Shown here: positions 27,902 to 37,999 of the stretch, one piece after another | Layout: the number at the start of each line of letters is the position of its first letter | Position numbering within the stretch: position 1 is the first letter of the stretch | NCBI GenBank assembly: GCA_965601925.1 | Contig: OZ271854.1 | Location: 1,216,001 to 1,280,000 of the forward strand | Source: Alkalispirochaeta sp. | GTDB taxonomy: Bacteria; Spirochaetota; Spirochaetia; DSM-27196; Alkalispirochaetaceae | Direction of reading: 5' to 3' | Length of the DNA: 64,000 bases | Translations under genes and position numbers: made by a program | Notes under the pieces: model-generated | Seen by the model: the letters and a program-made list of their open reading frames with translations, nothing else | What the model was told of the DNA's origin: nothing | The model's database searches: none

Positions 27902-29158
27902 TTACGGCCGAATATCGGAGCCCAACGGGTCGTCGATAACCGCTTCCGTCACCATTGCAATCGCCCCTCGAGTGCAGGCGTTGTCCAGAGCGGACACCTC
28001 TACCGCCACGTGCTCATGCGGTCCGACCATCGCCTCACGATTTACGTTGGCGTCGAGCCGATCGACGAAGTACGGGGCGATGGTACGCAACACGCCGCCG
28101 ATAATCACCTTGTCGGGATTGAAGATATTGATCAAATTCGTCACGCCTACGGCCATCTTCGCGCCGACATCCCCCATCATCGCGATCGTCGTGGGATCGC
28201 CGGCTTTGCAAGCGGCCGCGACCATATCGAGTGTCAGTGTGTCGCTGCGGCCACCGCATAACTCGTAGAGCGCGGAGGTATGGTGACGATCGGCCTCCGC
28301 GCGAGCGCGATTGAGGATGACAATCGGCCCGATCTCGGTCTGCCAGCAGCCGCGGCGTCCGCACCGACACCGGTCGCGGGCACCGGTCACCGCCATATGC
28401 CCGATCTCACCGGAGTATCCGGTACGACCGTGAAGGAGATTGCCGTCGACAAAGATACCTCCGCCTATACCGAACTCGCTGGATTCGATATAGACGAAGT
28501 TATCGACACCCTGTCCGACTCCGAAGTATCGCTCGCCCAGAGCGGCTGAGGCGGCGTCGTTGGCCAAGTGGAGCGGATAGGGAAACCGTTGCGCCATCCG
28601 ACGGCCTATCGGTACGGAACGCCACTGCAGATTGGGGGAGAAGGATATGACGCCGTCGTGCACGTCGATCAGACCGGACAGCCCCATACCGATGCCCAGA
28701 ATGGGGAGACGCCTCGCCCGTGCGCGCTTCACGGCCTCGTCGGTCAGCGCCTCTACCAGAGATAGCACGGACTCGACCGCCGGATCGTCAAAATAGACGC
28801 GCTCGCCCCACAGGAGGCCACCCTGAAAATCCGTAAGCCGCGCCGACACGAAGCTGTCTTTGAGCTCGATACCGATACACGCACCGCCGACGGGATTCAG
28901 ATCCAACTCGACGCCCGGCCTGCCGCCGGCGGACCGCCTCACACCGACCTCACGAATCAGACGGCGACGGCTGAGTTTGTCGACGATATTCGTGATCGTG
29001 CCGCGGGTGCTCCCCAAGCGAGCGGCGAGTTCGGCGCGAGTCGTGCCCGGACGCTCCCGGAGGTGTCTCACGATAAGCGAGGCGTTCCGCCGTTGCATCG
29101 CTCCGTGATCTATCGCTCCACCCGGCGTCACTATCGTGTCCTCACGCGGCTGCCGCAC
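27902..29158 (-). CDS. ROK-family transcriptional repressor (XylR/NagC-like)
   Basis: N-terminal wHTH (TRAELAARLG...GGRP); NDAASAALGE; GEIGHM...CRCGRRGCW motifs. Confidence 0.93.
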   Translation of the reverse strand: MRQPREDTIVTPGGAIDHGAMQRRNASLIVRHLRERPGTTRAELAARLGSTRGTITNIVDKLSRRRLIREVGVRRSAGGRPGVELDLNPVGGACIGIELKDSFVSARLTDFQGGLLWGERVYFDDPAVESVLSLVEALTDEAVKRARARRLPILGIGMGLSGLIDVHDGVISFSPNLQWRSVPIGRRMAQRFPYPLHLANDAASAALGERYFGVGQGVDNFVYIESSEFGIGGGIFVDGNLLHGRTGYSGEIGHMAVTGARDRCRCGRRGCWQTEIGPIVILNRARAEADRHHTSALYELCGGRSDTLTLDMVAAACKAGDPTTIAMMGDVGAKMAVGVTNLINIFNPDKVIIGGVLRTIAPYFVDRLDANVNREAMVGPHEHVAVEVSALDNACTRGAIAMVTEAVIDDPLGSDIRP

Positions 29159-30305
29159 CGGTACGCTCGAGACCGATAAAGATGCCGAGCGCGAGGACCG
29201 GCACTATGAGCACGGCGACGGGAAGTACCGTCTCGAGACCGTGGAGATCGGAGAGTCCTCCGACGAGGACGGGGAAGCTCAGGATGGCCGTTCCGGAGGC
29301 CATCACGATCCGCGCGCTCGCCGCCTGTTCGCGTAGCGGCACCTCCTTGAGTCCACACTCGAGCGCAACCGGGTAGAGATTGGCGATCCCGAGTCCGATC
29401 AACAGCGCACTCCCGCGCAACAGAGGAATCGTCCGTGCGCTATATACACCGCCGATACCGGCAAAAAAGAGCAGGAGCGCCGCAAAAAACAGTGCGCGCG
29501 CCGATACGACTTTGAGGAGGACGCTCCCGGCCGCACGCCCGGCGAACATACCCACCAGGACGAGGCCGACGACCGCCGCGGAACGGGCGCCGCTCAATGA
29601 GAACGCAGAGCGCAGATAGTCCGGTCCCCAAAAGAGGATGCAGAACTCGACGCCGACGACGAGAAAGACGACCGTCCACCGCAACCAAAAACGCGCACCG
29701 AATGAGACGCGTACCCGCCGTTCTCCGGCGTCTATATCGGGAATCGATACGGAACGCGGAAACACGAGGCGCAACGTAAGCCACACGATACCGGCGACCC
29801 ACAGAGCGGCGCGCCATCCCACGCTTCTGCCGGCAAAAAAGGATACGAGAAACGGCGCGACGATTGAGCACCCGCTTGCGACAAAGTTCGCCTCCGTCAG
29901 CGCCCGCAGACGTCGTTCGGGGTGGTGATTCGTCAGCGCAACGGGAATCAGGGAAAACGTCACCGAACCGAGAGTACCCATTGCGAGCGCAGAGGCGACG
30001 GTAACCGGCGCCGAGCGTCCGGAGGCGAGGCCGAAACAGCCCGCGACGATACCGACGCTACCCATCCAGAAGACTCGCTGCGCGCCAAAACGCCGGGCTA
30101 TCCGCTCACCGAAGGCTCCGGCCACGACCGTACCGGCCGCAAAGGCGCTGAAGTGAAAGCTGCCGACCGTATAGGAGAGTCCCAACTCGTCGCGGAGGAA
30201 CGGTGTGACCGGTCCGAGAATATTCAACGCATAGGCGTAAAATCCCAGCATTGCATAGTTGAGCCACGTGATGCGATCGCGCCGAAACTGCGTAGCGGTA
30301 GTCAC
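29142..30305 (-). CDS. MFS transporter
   Basis: About 12 hydrophobic segments; GERIARRFG loop motif; overlaps both neighbours. Confidence 0.88.
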   Translation of the reverse strand: MTTATQFRRDRITWLNYAMLGFYAYALNILGPVTPFLRDELGLSYTVGSFHFSAFAAGTVVAGAFGERIARRFGAQRVFWMGSVGIVAGCFGLASGRSAPVTVASALAMGTLGSVTFSLIPVALTNHHPERRLRALTEANFVASGCSIVAPFLVSFFAGRSVGWRAALWVAGIVWLTLRLVFPRSVSIPDIDAGERRVRVSFGARFWLRWTVVFLVVGVEFCILFWGPDYLRSAFSLSGARSAAVVGLVLVGMFAGRAAGSVLLKVVSARALFFAALLLFFAGIGGVYSARTIPLLRGSALLIGLGIANLYPVALECGLKEVPLREQAASARIVMASGTAILSFPVLVGGLSDLHGLETVLPVAVLIVPVLALGIFIGLERTGAAAA

Positions 30306-31945
30306 GCGTGCATACCCGGGAACTCATCGATCAGAATCACACACCCCTCGTCGGCGCGCACGCGTATCGAAGAGCCGCACCGCTCGTCGCGGCGATCCAT
30401 ATGGGTCGAGATTGCCACGATTCCGGCACCCGGCAGCGCCACATCGACCGATGCAACGCCGAAGTTCAGCGCCACGATGATCCGACGCCGCTCGTCTTCC
30501 TGCTCGTAGACGAAGCAATCCTTGCAACTGCCGTGAATCGTACGATAGCCACCGGCGGCGAGCGGCTCGTAGTCGCGGCGGAAGTGGAGTAACTCGCGGG
30601 TAAGGCGGAGCAACGATCGCTCGTCCTCGAGCTGGTCTTCCACGTTGCACGCCGCCGTATCGCCCACCGGTAGCCACGGTTCGTCCGTAGAATCGGAAAA
30701 CCCGCCGGTCGGTGACGCATCCCACTGCATCGGCGTACGCGCCGGATCGCGGCTCAACTCGGGGATTGTCCGCGCCCACGGATCTTGCGCACGCGCGGCC
30801 GGGATCGGGACGTTGGTCATACCGATCTCATCGCCGTAGTAGATGAACGGCGTCCCTCGGAGCGTCAAAAGCAACATCATGGCGACGCGCGCTTGACCGT
30901 CACCCACGTGCGATGCGATGCGCGGCTTGTCGTGGTTGCCCAACACGTAATTGGGCTGTGCAAAGTCGGGTAGCGCCTCCTCGTAGCGCTCCACGAACTC
31001 ACGCACCGTCGAGGCGTCCCACGGCATCCCGATCAGGTTGAAGTTGAACGGGAGATGGACGATGGGGTCCGCCGCGGTTCCGTAGTGGCCGGCGAGGACC
31101 GATAAAGGCGTCGAATACTCGAACTCGCCGATGAGCACCACATCGTCGAACGCATCGGTGGTCTCGCGAATCTCGGTAAGGAGCTCGTGCAATCCCGGTT
31201 GATTGGTGGTGTAGATGTGATCCATGTCGTCCCACGGAAAGTGAACGCTCCCGTCGAGTTTTCGGTGTGCCGACGGGGTCGTTCGCGCCGGCTCGTCGCG
31301 CCACAGTTCATCCTTGAGGAGAAATCCGATCATATCGACGCGAAATCCGTCGACGCCGCGCTCCAACCAAAAGCGCAGAACATCGTGCATCGCACGCCGC
31401 GTCGCCTCATTGCGCCAATTGAGATCCGGCTGATTGGGCGTGAAGGTCGCCAAGAAGTACTGCTCGGTACGCTCGTCCCACACCCACGCCGACTCACCGG
31501 TACTGATGCACAACCAGTTGGTAGGGGGCGATCCGTCGGGTTTGGCGTCCTTCCAGATGTACCGGTCGCGGAACGGATTCTCCCGATCGGAGCGCGACTC
31601 GAGAAACCAACGGTGTTGGTCGGAGGTGTGGTTCGGCACGAAATCGAGAATGATTTTCATGTCTCGCCGATGGGCCTGAGATACCAACTCGTCAAAGTCG
31701 GCAAGGGAACCGAACACCGGATCGATATCGCAATAGTCCGCCACGTCGTAGCCGAAGTCGACCATCGGAGAGGTAAAGATCGGCGAAAGCCAGACACCGC
31801 CGACACCGAGCCACCGGAGGTAGTCCAACCTCCGTACTACACCCGAAAGATCGCCCACTCCGTCACCGTTCGTATCCTGAAACGACCGCGGATAGATCTG
31901 ATAGATCGCCTCGCGTCTCCACCACTCTCTCGTACGGTTCATCAC
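30302..31945 (-). CDS. GH13 alpha-glucosidase (oligo-1,6-glucosidase/maltase-like)
   Basis: YQIYPRSFQD, DFVPNHTS, QPDLNW, DGFRVD, IGE, GNHD and SRDPARTPMQW motifs. Confidence 0.93.
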   Translation of the reverse strand: MMNRTREWWRREAIYQIYPRSFQDTNGDGVGDLSGVVRRLDYLRWLGVGGVWLSPIFTSPMVDFGYDVADYCDIDPVFGSLADFDELVSQAHRRDMKIILDFVPNHTSDQHRWFLESRSDRENPFRDRYIWKDAKPDGSPPTNWLCISTGESAWVWDERTEQYFLATFTPNQPDLNWRNEATRRAMHDVLRFWLERGVDGFRVDMIGFLLKDELWRDEPARTTPSAHRKLDGSVHFPWDDMDHIYTTNQPGLHELLTEIRETTDAFDDVVLIGEFEYSTPLSVLAGHYGTAADPIVHLPFNFNLIGMPWDASTVREFVERYEEALPDFAQPNYVLGNHDKPRIASHVGDGQARVAMMLLLTLRGTPFIYYGDEIGMTNVPIPAARAQDPWARTIPELSRDPARTPMQWDASPTGGFSDSTDEPWLPVGDTAACNVEDQLEDERSLLRLTRELLHFRRDYEPLAAGGYRTIHGSCKDCFVYEQEDERRRIIVALNFGVASVDVALPGAGIVAISTHMDRRDERCGSSIRVRADEGCVILIDEFPGMHA

Positions 31946-32008
31946 AAAACCTCATTCCCTCTCAGCCCTCTCCGCCACGAAACGTGAATCGAAGATATCG
32001 GCTACGAT

Positions 32009-32034
32009 GTTTGTTTATTTATTATACAAACTAA
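32009..32034. promoter_or_regulatory. Putative ROK (XylR-like) operator
   Basis: GTTTGT-N11-ACAAAC(TAA) AT-rich inverted repeat upstream of the GH13-MFS-ROK operon; resembles the GTTTGTTT...AACAAACTAA arms of XylR operators. Confidence 0.6.
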
Positions 32035-32193
32035 ATATCGCACAGGATACCGTAAGATGAAAGGAAAAACACGTACGAGTCGTGCCCGTCGTCGTGTTCC
32101 CGATTATGCTTCTCGATCTTCAGCGGTATCTCATTTCGCCGCCCCGGCGACGTCTCGACGGATTGCATCGCACCTCTCCTTCCGTCGCGTGAG

Positions 32194-33165
32194 CTACTTT
32201 GAGACCATGTCGGCCATATGGTTGAGTGCGGTGGTCAAAAACTCCGACTTCCCGAAGCTTCCCGATTTGAGAACGACCATCATGCGGATAGCGCCGATGG
32301 AAACGCCGACCGGCAGTCCCGGCTCGATCTGTTCCAATACGACGTTACCGCGCAAGCCGAGCGCCTCGCAGACGTGGTTCGACGTCTCTCCGCCGGCAAC
32401 GATGAGCCGAGAAAACGGCTCCGTATCGTGTACCGCCCGCGCAATACCGCCCAGGGCGCGACTCACCGCTATGTTCGCGCCGATCTCGTCGACGCCGTTT
32501 GCTGCAGCGGCGCGATAGGTACGCTCGATATCATCGGTCTGCGAACGGGTGTATACCAACACTCCCACACCGGCACGTATTGCCCGGCACGCCCTATCCA
32601 CAATCTCGGCTTGATATTCATAGCGATCGGAGTCGAACAGACGAGGCCCTTCGAACGGTATCGAGCTCCCACCGGAGTCGATGAAGTGTGCGACCTGGGA
32701 TTTTGTCTGGGGCGTTACGCTTCCTGCCACCAGCAACACGCCGCCGGCTATCGGAGGCAATGCGTATGATTGCATTCCGTAGGCGGGCGACGCGCGATAC
32801 TTTGGAATCTCCTCGCCGATCGCGGAACTCCCGAACATACACCGCTCGCCGGCAAAGGCCTTTGCGAGGGTAGTAAGATCTCCTTGCGTCTCGCCGTCAC
32901 AGAGCAAGTACCCGCCGACGGAACGCGCCTCCTCGGCGCGACGACGTATCGCCTCCTCTCCCGCGCGAATCGTATCGAGTGAGAGAAGATGAACCGGCCG
33001 CTCGGTTTGCGCTGAGAGAACGGCGACAAGATCGCTTTCGGTTGTCGGGTGTGCCGGGTCGGTCCTGAACGGCGACTCGTGAAGCGGTACTCCCCACACG
33101 AAGTGAATACCGTCTCGCGTCGTACGCCCGTTGTCGGGAAAGGCGGCGACCACGACTCGGGAGAG
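32194..33165 (-). pseudogene. N-terminally truncated four-carbon acid-sugar kinase (DUF1537, DtnK/OtnK family)
   Basis: AFPDNGRTTRDG, ESPFRTDP, AGSVTPQT, AGGETS and KSGSFG are present. The family's N-terminal ADDxTG and KxDSTLRG motifs were not found upstream, and there is no clear start. Confidence 0.7.
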
Positions 33166-33659
33166 CCGCCTCCGAAAGCCGATGCGCAGCGGAGTGCGCG
33201 CTCCGCCGTACAACGTTCATGTTTTGCGAGATAAGGTCTTGCGCGATCGACGCCGGTCGCGCTAATGTGGTGGTAGTGAGCGCAACGTGCGCTCGCAATA
33301 GATGACGCATTTCAACCGGATCGTTGTACCGGTCATGGACGGGAGGTACCGAATGGCAAAGCTGAGCACTGTATTCGTCGCTTTTTACGATGGGTTCGTG
33401 CACGCCGAGTCACGCGGTTGCCTGATCCACGATTCAGGGTTGAGCCGAATCGTCAGATTTCCCTGACGATCTCCTCCTTATCGTTTTCAGAATCAGCAAC
33501 CACATAACTCGGAACGACGCACACGGCGCCTAAGCGTTGTCGTGTCATTTGGGCACGGCTACACGTTTACGAGGTCGCCGTGTGGAGTGGGCCCGGGGGT
33601 CGAGTCGGGCGTGCGCGCGGTTACGCGCACGCGATGGTGAATGAGGGAGCAGAAACAGC

Positions 33660-35483
33660 ATGAAAGAGCAGGGTAATGTCGAACTACTGTGGCGTAGTAC
33701 CGCCGGCTTCCGTCGGTACTACGGTGTCGCAGCACTCGCGATGACGATCAGTACGGCGCTCTCCTACGCAGTGCCGCTGATCGTACGCTTTACGATTGAC
33801 TCCGTATTGGGCGGGGAACCGGCGAACATACCACCGGCGGTGGCAGCGCTCGCGGGACCGCTGTTCACTCCGGAGCGGCTACGGGCCGACCTGTGGATCG
33901 CCGCGTTGGTGATCATCGGGGCGACGGTGGTGGGAGGTGTATTTCAGTTCGTCCAACAGAAGCAGTCGGCGTTGGCGGCGGAGGGCATCGCACGGCGAAT
34001 GCGAGAACGCCTCTACGACCATCTGCAACACCTCTCCTACGCCTACCACGTACAGGCCGCGACCGGGGATCTCATCCAACGGTGTACCAGCGACGTCGAC
34101 ACGGTGAGACGGTTTCTCGCGGTGCAAATTATCGAGGTCGCCCGAGCACTCATCCTCTTGGCCACCGCCTACCCTCTACTGTGGCACCTCCACATCGGGC
34201 TGACGCTCGTGAGTGCGCCTCTGGTAGCCGTAATCTTCTTTCACGCTCTGCTCTTTTACGGCCGTGTCCAACGAGCGTTCAAAGAGAGCGACGAAGCGGA
34301 AGGGCGCTTCTCGACCGTACTCCAGGAAAACTTGACCGGGGTGCGGGTGGTACGCGCCTTCGGGCGCCAACGGTTCGAGGAGGCGAAGTTCGAGCGCAAA
34401 AACCGCGACTATCGCGATATCACGATGCGCATGGTTCACATCCTGGCGCGATATTGGGGGAGTTCCGACCTGTTGGCGATGAGTCAAATGTGCCTCGTCC
34501 TATTCGCCGGTACGTGGCTCGCCCTCTCTGAGGCGATCTCCATCGGCGATCTGGTGGTCTTTATCAGCGTAGACATGATGATCCTATGGCCGGTACGCCA
34601 ACTGGGACGCATCCTGGCCGACATGGGAAAGGCGACCGTCGCCGCCGGCCGAATCGGCGAGATACTGTCTGAGGAGACCGAATACCCATCCGAACCAGGA
34701 CTCACGCCGCCGATCGAGGGGCGCGTCGAGTTTCGAAACGTGCGCTTCTCATACGAAGACGGAAGAGAGGTGCTTAAGGGCATTAGCTTCGTCGCGGAAC
34801 GCGGTATGACCGTCGCCGTTCTCGGCCCGACGGGAAGCGGGAAAAGCTCCCTCATGCAGCTCCTCTCTCGGTTGTACGATTACACCTCCGGCTCGATCCT
34901 GGTGGACGGCGTTCCGCTTGCGGATATCGACAAGAAGTGGATACGCCGCCACGTCGCCTTCGTGCTCCAGGAGCCGTTTCTCTACGCCAAAACGGTGCGG
35001 GAGAACATCGGCTTGGCACGACGAACCAGTAGGGACGCGGAGATATTCGAGGCGGCGCGCGACGCGGCGGTACACACCGTGATCGAGAGGTTCGAACGGG
35101 GCTACGACACGCTCGTGGGGGAGCGGGGCGTGACGCTGTCCGGAGGTCAGAAGCAGCGAGTGGCAATCGCCCGGGCGCTGATTACCGGGAACCCGATCCT
35201 GGTGTTCGACGACAGTTTGAGCGCCGTCGACACCGAGACGGACATCGCCATACGTCGGGCGTTGGCGCGCCGTACCCGGCACGCGACGACGTTTATCATC
35301 AGCCATCGGGTAACGACGTTGGCGTCGGCGGATCTCATTCTGGTGATGGACGACGGACGGATCGTCCAGCGGGGAACACACGAGGAGCTCGTCTCTATCG
35401 ACGGGCTCTACCGAACGGTATGGAACATCCAGAACTCGCTCTCCGACGAGATGGAAAAGGAGCTCGACCGTGAGCACATTTGA
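33660..35483 (+). CDS. Type IV ABC exporter, fused TMD-NBD, subunit 1
   Basis: TMD plus GPTGSGKSS, LSGGQKQRV and degenerate Walker B FDDSLSAVD. Confidence 0.93.
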   Translation: MKEQGNVELLWRSTAGFRRYYGVAALAMTISTALSYAVPLIVRFTIDSVLGGEPANIPPAVAALAGPLFTPERLRADLWIAALVIIGATVVGGVFQFVQQKQSALAAEGIARRMRERLYDHLQHLSYAYHVQAATGDLIQRCTSDVDTVRRFLAVQIIEVARALILLATAYPLLWHLHIGLTLVSAPLVAVIFFHALLFYGRVQRAFKESDEAEGRFSTVLQENLTGVRVVRAFGRQRFEEAKFERKNRDYRDITMRMVHILARYWGSSDLLAMSQMCLVLFAGTWLALSEAISIGDLVVFISVDMMILWPVRQLGRILADMGKATVAAGRIGEILSEETEYPSEPGLTPPIEGRVEFRNVRFSYEDGREVLKGISFVAERGMTVAVLGPTGSGKSSLMQLLSRLYDYTSGSILVDGVPLADIDKKWIRRHVAFVLQEPFLYAKTVRENIGLARRTSRDAEIFEAARDAAVHTVIERFERGYDTLVGERGVTLSGGQKQRVAIARALITGNPILVFDDSLSAVDTETDIAIRRALARRTRHATTFIISHRVTTLASADLILVMDDGRIVQRGTHEELVSIDGLYRTVWNIQNSLSDEMEKELDREHI

Positions 35484-37299
35484 AGAACACGACTACAGCG
35501 GGCGTTTCGATTTCGGATTGTGGCGTAGACTTCTGCGCCACGCTGCGCCCTATCGCAAGCAGCTGATCGCCCTGGCGGCGGTTATGGTACTGGTGGCGCT
35601 CGTCGACGCGCTCTTTCCCATGATGAACCGCCGCGCAGTGGATGAGTTCATCGTGCCGGGAAAGACCGAGGGTCTCTTGGGCTTTCTGGGCCTGTACCTC
35701 GGCATGATCGTCGTCCAGGCGCTCAACGTGTATCTCCTCATCGCGTTGGCGGGGACGATCGAGATGGGACTGGTCCACGATCTCAGGCGCATCGGTTTCC
35801 GCCGTCTACAGGAGCTCTCGTTCAGCTACTTCGACCGCACTCCGGTGGGGTGGATCATGGCGCGGATGACATCGGACGCCCAGCGGCTGGGAGATACGAT
35901 CAGCTGGGGACTCGTCGACATCGTGTGGGGCGCGTGCATGATGGTGGCGATCGCGATCTTCATGTTCATCATGAACGCGCGCCTCGCATTGGTAGTCCTC
36001 ACGGTCATGCCGCCGTTGGTGTGGGTCAGTCTCTATTTCCAGCGCCGTATCCTGGCCGTGAACCGCGACGTCCGCAAGACCAACTCCCGAATCTCGGGGG
36101 CGTACAACGAAGGAATCACCGGCGCCAAGACGACGAAGACCTTGGTCCAGGAAGAGGCGAATCTCCAAGAGTTTCAGAAGCTAACCGGCCGTATGCGTCG
36201 CATGAGCGTCAGGATGGCGGTCTACAGTGGACTCTACCTCCCGATCGTACTGGCCTTGGGATCGGTGGGAACGGGGCTGGCGCTGTGGTCCGGCGGTGCG
36301 GCGGTCCTCGCCGGTACCGTCACCTACGGCACTCTCGTAGCGTTTATCGGATATACGGTGCAGTTCTTTGAACCGGTGCGCGAACTGGCGCGAGTGATTA
36401 CCGAGCTGCAAGCGGCCCAGGCGAGCGCAGAGCGGGTCATGACGCTCATCGAGACGGAACCGGAGATCCGCGACACACCCGAGGTCGAGGCTCGCTACGG
36501 CGACGCATTCTCGCCCCGCCTGGAGAACTGGGAGCGGCTCTCCGGTGCGATGGAGTTCCGTGACGTGAGCTTTCGCTACAAGGAGGGTGAGAGGGTACTG
36601 GAGCACTTCAATCTGAAGGTATCCCCGGGGCAGACGATCGCTCTGGTAGGCGAGACCGGCGGCGGCAAGAGCACGATCGTCAACCTCGCCTGCCGATTCT
36701 ACGAGCCGACCGAGGGTCAAATTCTCGTCGACGGCACCGACTATCGCGCGCGGTCGATCCTCTTTCATCAGTCCCATTTGGGATATGTGCTGCAGCAGCC
36801 GCACCTGTTCAGCGGTACGGTCAAAGAGAACATCCGCTACGGTCGACTCGAGGCCACCGATCGCGAGATAGAGGAGGCGGCTAAGATGGTGAACGCCCAC
36901 GACTTCATCATGCGTATGGAGGCGGGCTACGAGAGCGAGGTCGGCGAGGGAGGCGACCTCCTATCGACGGGGCAAAAGCAGCTGGTTAGCTTTGCCCGGG
37001 CGATTATCGCAAATCCGACGTTCTTCGTATTCGATGAGGCGACCAGTTCGGTGGATACCGAGACCGAACGGCTGATTCAGGACGCGGTCCAAACGGTCCT
37101 TACGGGACGAACGAGTTTTATTATCGCGCACCGCCTCTCGACGATCCGCAGGGCCGACCGGATTCTCGTGGTCGACGGAGGACGAATCGTAGAAGACGGG
37201 ACGCACGCCGAGCTCCTGTCCATGCGCGGTAGATACTACCGGCTCTATACGAGTCAGTTTCTCGAGGAGGAGCGCGAACACACGCTTTCGGGACGATAG
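35470..37299 (+). CDS. Type IV ABC exporter, fused TMD-NBD, subunit 2 (heterodimer partner)
   Basis: GETGGGKST, degenerate signature LSTGQKQ and DEATSSVD; overlaps subunit 1 (TmrAB/TM287-288-like asymmetric pair). Confidence 0.93.
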   Translation: MSTFEEHDYSGRFDFGLWRRLLRHAAPYRKQLIALAAVMVLVALVDALFPMMNRRAVDEFIVPGKTEGLLGFLGLYLGMIVVQALNVYLLIALAGTIEMGLVHDLRRIGFRRLQELSFSYFDRTPVGWIMARMTSDAQRLGDTISWGLVDIVWGACMMVAIAIFMFIMNARLALVVLTVMPPLVWVSLYFQRRILAVNRDVRKTNSRISGAYNEGITGAKTTKTLVQEEANLQEFQKLTGRMRRMSVRMAVYSGLYLPIVLALGSVGTGLALWSGGAAVLAGTVTYGTLVAFIGYTVQFFEPVRELARVITELQAAQASAERVMTLIETEPEIRDTPEVEARYGDAFSPRLENWERLSGAMEFRDVSFRYKEGERVLEHFNLKVSPGQTIALVGETGGGKSTIVNLACRFYEPTEGQILVDGTDYRARSILFHQSHLGYVLQQPHLFSGTVKENIRYGRLEATDREIEEAAKMVNAHDFIMRMEAGYESEVGEGGDLLSTGQKQLVSFARAIIANPTFFVFDEATSSVDTETERLIQDAVQTVLTGRTSFIIAHRLSTIRRADRILVVDGGRIVEDGTHAELLSMRGRYYRLYTSQFLEEEREHTLSGR

Positions 37300-37372
37300 C
37301 GAACCGCCCTCAGAGGCGCAGCTCGCCGGTTACGCCGTCGACGAGGCACGTTGCGGCGTGCGGCGGCCCTCG

Positions 37373-37960
37373 CTACGGCGCGACACCGTTCCACAACAGG
37401 TCGATCAGCATCGAAATGTACGAATCGGCCGCCTCCCCGGAGGGATCCTCATTGAACATCTTCGCGTTGAAAGACCAGTTTCTCAGAGCCCCAAGCAAGG
37501 TGATCGTGAGAGCGGGAATGTTACACGGGGCGATGAGGCCGCGCTCACTGGCGCGACTGAGCCACCCGGAGAGCGCCTCAAAGGCGTGTGTCGGAGAGGA
37601 TGGTTGGCATCGCGCGAATACGCGTTCGGTGGAGATACCCGCTCCCTGTAGGAGAGTCAGCCCCTCGGCGAGAGTGGTAAAGAACCGCGATACGATCGTG
37701 GCGACCTCCTCGAGCTGTTCGCGCATCGGCCGCTCGTCGGGTCCGTTTTCGAGAACGGAGATCCACGCAGGCCGCTCCGGCGGGCCGAGCGCGGCGATCA
37801 TGAGCGCTTCTTTGGATCCGAAGCGGTTAAAGACCGTCGCGTGGCTGATGCCGAGCTCCCGAGCTATGGCGGACGTCGGAATACCGGTGCCGCAATGGAG
37901 GAACCGCCGCCGAGCTACGTCGAGAATCTCCTTGTCCGATACTTCTTTGGGGCGTGCCAT
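37373..37960 (-). CDS. TetR/AcrR-family regulator
   Basis: MARPK...IARELGISHATVFNRFGSKEAL; own extended -10 TGGTATAAT at 37985-37993 (minus strand). Confidence 0.92.
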   Translation of the reverse strand: MARPKEVSDKEILDVARRRFLHCGTGIPTSAIARELGISHATVFNRFGSKEALMIAALGPPERPAWISVLENGPDERPMREQLEEVATIVSRFFTTLAEGLTLLQGAGISTERVFARCQPSSPTHAFEALSGWLSRASERGLIAPCNIPALTITLLGALRNWSFNAKMFNEDPSGEAADSYISMLIDLLWNGVAP

Positions 37961-37999
37961 CGTTCTCTATCTTTCGTCGTACGGATTATACCATTGGGG

